DNA from: a virus
Length of the DNA: 64,000 nt
IMG/VR virus record: IMGVR_UViG_3300037483_001670
Span: 96,001-160,000 of that record
Direction: 5' to 3' (one strand)
The notes beneath the pieces are model-generated. The model made no database searches and had not been told where the DNA came from. It saw only the letters and a program-made list of their open reading frames with translations. The position numbers and the translations under genes were made by a program. Shown here piece after piece: positions 62,388-64,000 of this stretch (positions within the stretch are counted from its first letter, which is position 1; each line of letters begins with the position of its first letter).

Positions 62388-64000
62388 TTACGCAGCCGCG
62401 CCAGCCATCTGGTTGATGATCGCTACGGCCTCGTCCCAAACGGCGCGCACGTACTTCTGTCCCGCGCGCGTCACGATCGCCGTCTGCTGACCAGCGGGCT
62501 GGCCATTGACGAACTCGATGAACACGTCGGCCGACACCGCAGCGATGACCTGGTTGGCCACCTGCGGACCCGCGTGCTGAATGAATCCCTCGGCGAATTG
62601 CCGCGGCGCAACGACGCCGCTCCGAATCGCCTGATCGAGCTGGCCGACGAACATGCCGATCGCTTCCGCCGGAATCACCTGCGGTTGCTGCTGCGGAGGC
62701 GGCGGCTGGCTCGGCGCGGCCTGCACCGGCGGCTGACCGGCGGCCCTCACCTGTTCGGGCGTCGGACCCCAGACGGGCTGCGTCGGCGGAGCGACCGGAG
62801 CTCCCCACCCTCCCGCGGGCGCTACCCCTTCGGGCGGAGCGTGAGGCGGCATCCCGTCGTTGAGCGGGCTGACGCCCATCCGAACTTCTGTCTCGGTGCC
62901 AGCGACCGGCGGCGAAGCCGGTCCCTGGATCCGCGACCCCTCGATGACGCTCGGCGCGGCAATTCCCATCGGCGAGAGCGGCGGTGGCGGCCCCTGAAAC
63001 GGAGCCGGAATCCCCGCGGGCGCGGCGCCGGGAGGAGGCGGCGACCACCGCATCGCCGGCGCCATGACCGGCGGCTGCCGCTGAACGGGTCGACGCACCA
63101 TGTTCGGCGGTCCTGCCTGGAGCCGCGGAGCCGCCGCCTGCTGCGCCGCGGCGACCTGCCGGTTGTTGTCGCGCGCCGCGACCACACCTTCGCGCACATC
63201 TCGGACGAGCTCGGGCGCCTTCGCGAGAAGCGACTGGAGCCCCAGCGCGAGCGCCGACTTCCAATCGGTCGGCGGCGCGGCCTCGGCCTCGTTTTCGCCC
63301 GGCGCCGTGTACCCGAGCACTTCCGCGGTCTGCTTGATTTCCTCGAGCTGCTGTCCGAACGGCTTGTTGTTTTGCTGCCGAGCTTCACTGATCTCGCGCT
63401 CGAGCCGGTGATTTTCGCTACGCAGGCGCGTGAGCTCGCTGTTGTGCGACTCGATCTTGACGTTCGCCGTCTCCTTCGAAAAGGTCGTCATGCTGTCGTA
63501 TTGGGTCTTGAGCGCCGACACTTCCCGATCGCGCTGCTCGCGCACGGTTGCGATCTCGCGCTGCGTCGACCGCTCGATGTCCTGCACGCGTCCCTCGTGG
63601 GTCGTCTTCAGGTAGGTCATTTGCAACTCGTGCGCGTCCTTGAGCGCCTGCTCGCGCCGGGCCGCTTCTTCTCGGATCCGCTCGCGCTCCCGCTGCGCCT
63701 CTTCCAAGATGCGCGCACGCTCCCGATCGAGTCCCGCGGCTTTGACCTCGTTCTCTCGACTCGCGGCGCCAAGCTGCTTTTCGTATTCGCCGCGCTGTCG
63801 ATCGATTTCGCCCTGCTTCTCGGTCCGCAGCCGATCCGTGTCTTCGCGCTGGCGCAGGTTCGACTGCTCCAGCTCGGTCTTGTGCCGCAGGTTCAATTGC
63901 TCGAGGTCAGTTTTGTTCCGGTCTTTGATCTCGTTCGTCTCCCGAAGCAGGCGCTCGTTCATGGCCTTCATTTCGGCCACGTGCGCATCCTTGAGGGTGT
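62388..64000 (-). CDS. long coiled-coil + Pro/Gln-rich protein (scaffold/tape-measure-like), 5' end outside window
   Basis: E/R/Q heptads, then a Pro-rich linker, then a helical C-domain; frame open past 64000. Confidence 0.75.
   Translation of the reverse strand, partial: TLKDAHVAEMKAMNERLLRETNEIKDRNKTDLEQLNLRHKTELEQSNLRQREDTDRLRTEKQGEIDRQRGEYEKQLGAASRENEVKAAGLDRERARILEEAQRERERIREEAARREQALKDAHELQMTYLKTTHEGRVQDIERSTQREIATVREQRDREVSALKTQYDSMTTFSKETANVKIESHNSELTRLRSENHRLEREISEARQQNNKPFGQQLEEIKQTAEVLGYTAPGENEAEAAPPTDWKSALALGLQSLLAKAPELVRDVREGVVAARDNNRQVAAAQQAAAPRLQAGPPNMVRRPVQRQPPVMAPAMRWSPPPPGAAPAGIPAPFQGPPPPLSPMGIAAPSVIEGSRIQGPASPPVAGTETEVRMGVSPLNDGMPPHAPPEGVAPAGGWGAPVAPPTQPVWGPTPEQVRAAGQPPVQAAPSQPPPPQQQPQVIPAEAIGMFVGQLDQAIRSGVVAPRQFAEGFIQHAGPQVANQVIAAVSADVFIEFVNGQPAGQQTAIVTRAGQKYVRAVWDEAVAIINQMAGAAA

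Noticed and set aside
1-64000. Host chromosome or integrated prophage boundary
   Set aside because: No ribosomal or housekeeping operons, integrase or att site recognised; lifestyle cannot be determined from this window

Overview
This 64 kb window looks entirely viral: a GC-rich, very densely coded segment of a large bacterial virus genome, with no host housekeeping operons. Host is probably a myxobacterium-like, high-GC diderm (inference). From left to right: (1) 1-5.4 kb, replication/nucleotide genes on the minus strand: intein-containing UvrD/PcrA helicase (not in the ORF track), ASCH, thymidylate kinase, NUDIX, protein-kinase-like; (2) 5.4-8 kb, an array of tiny ORFs each preceded by a strictly spaced bipartite repeat (12 copies); its last ORF is split by a 2.5 kb IS1-family cargo transposon (7995-10494, 8 bp TSD GAAGTGCG); (3) 10.8-17.7 kb, small accessory genes including pyrE; (4) 17.7-35.3 kb, an array of 40 minus-strand tRNA genes covering all 20 amino acids, many structurally non-canonical, interleaved with HNH/PD-(D/E)XK nucleases, methyltransferases, a DEDD exoribonuclease and a sigma70-region-4 fusion protein; (5) 35.5-42 kb, lysis-type genes; (6) 42-64 kb, a morphogenesis-like module with no recognisable terminase, portal or tail-tube genes. 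It holds four paralogous spike-like proteins, about 14 C-terminally anchored membrane proteins and a transglutaminase-like Cys-His-Asp enzyme. Best candidate for a new system: most of these structural proteins carry an [MLIV]-x-G-hydrophobic-G motif matching the adenovirus protease consensus, suggesting TGase-fold maturation or cross-linking of an internal-membrane virion. Three distinct recurrent promoter/operator motifs were found. All calls are by eye from sequence, with no database searches.
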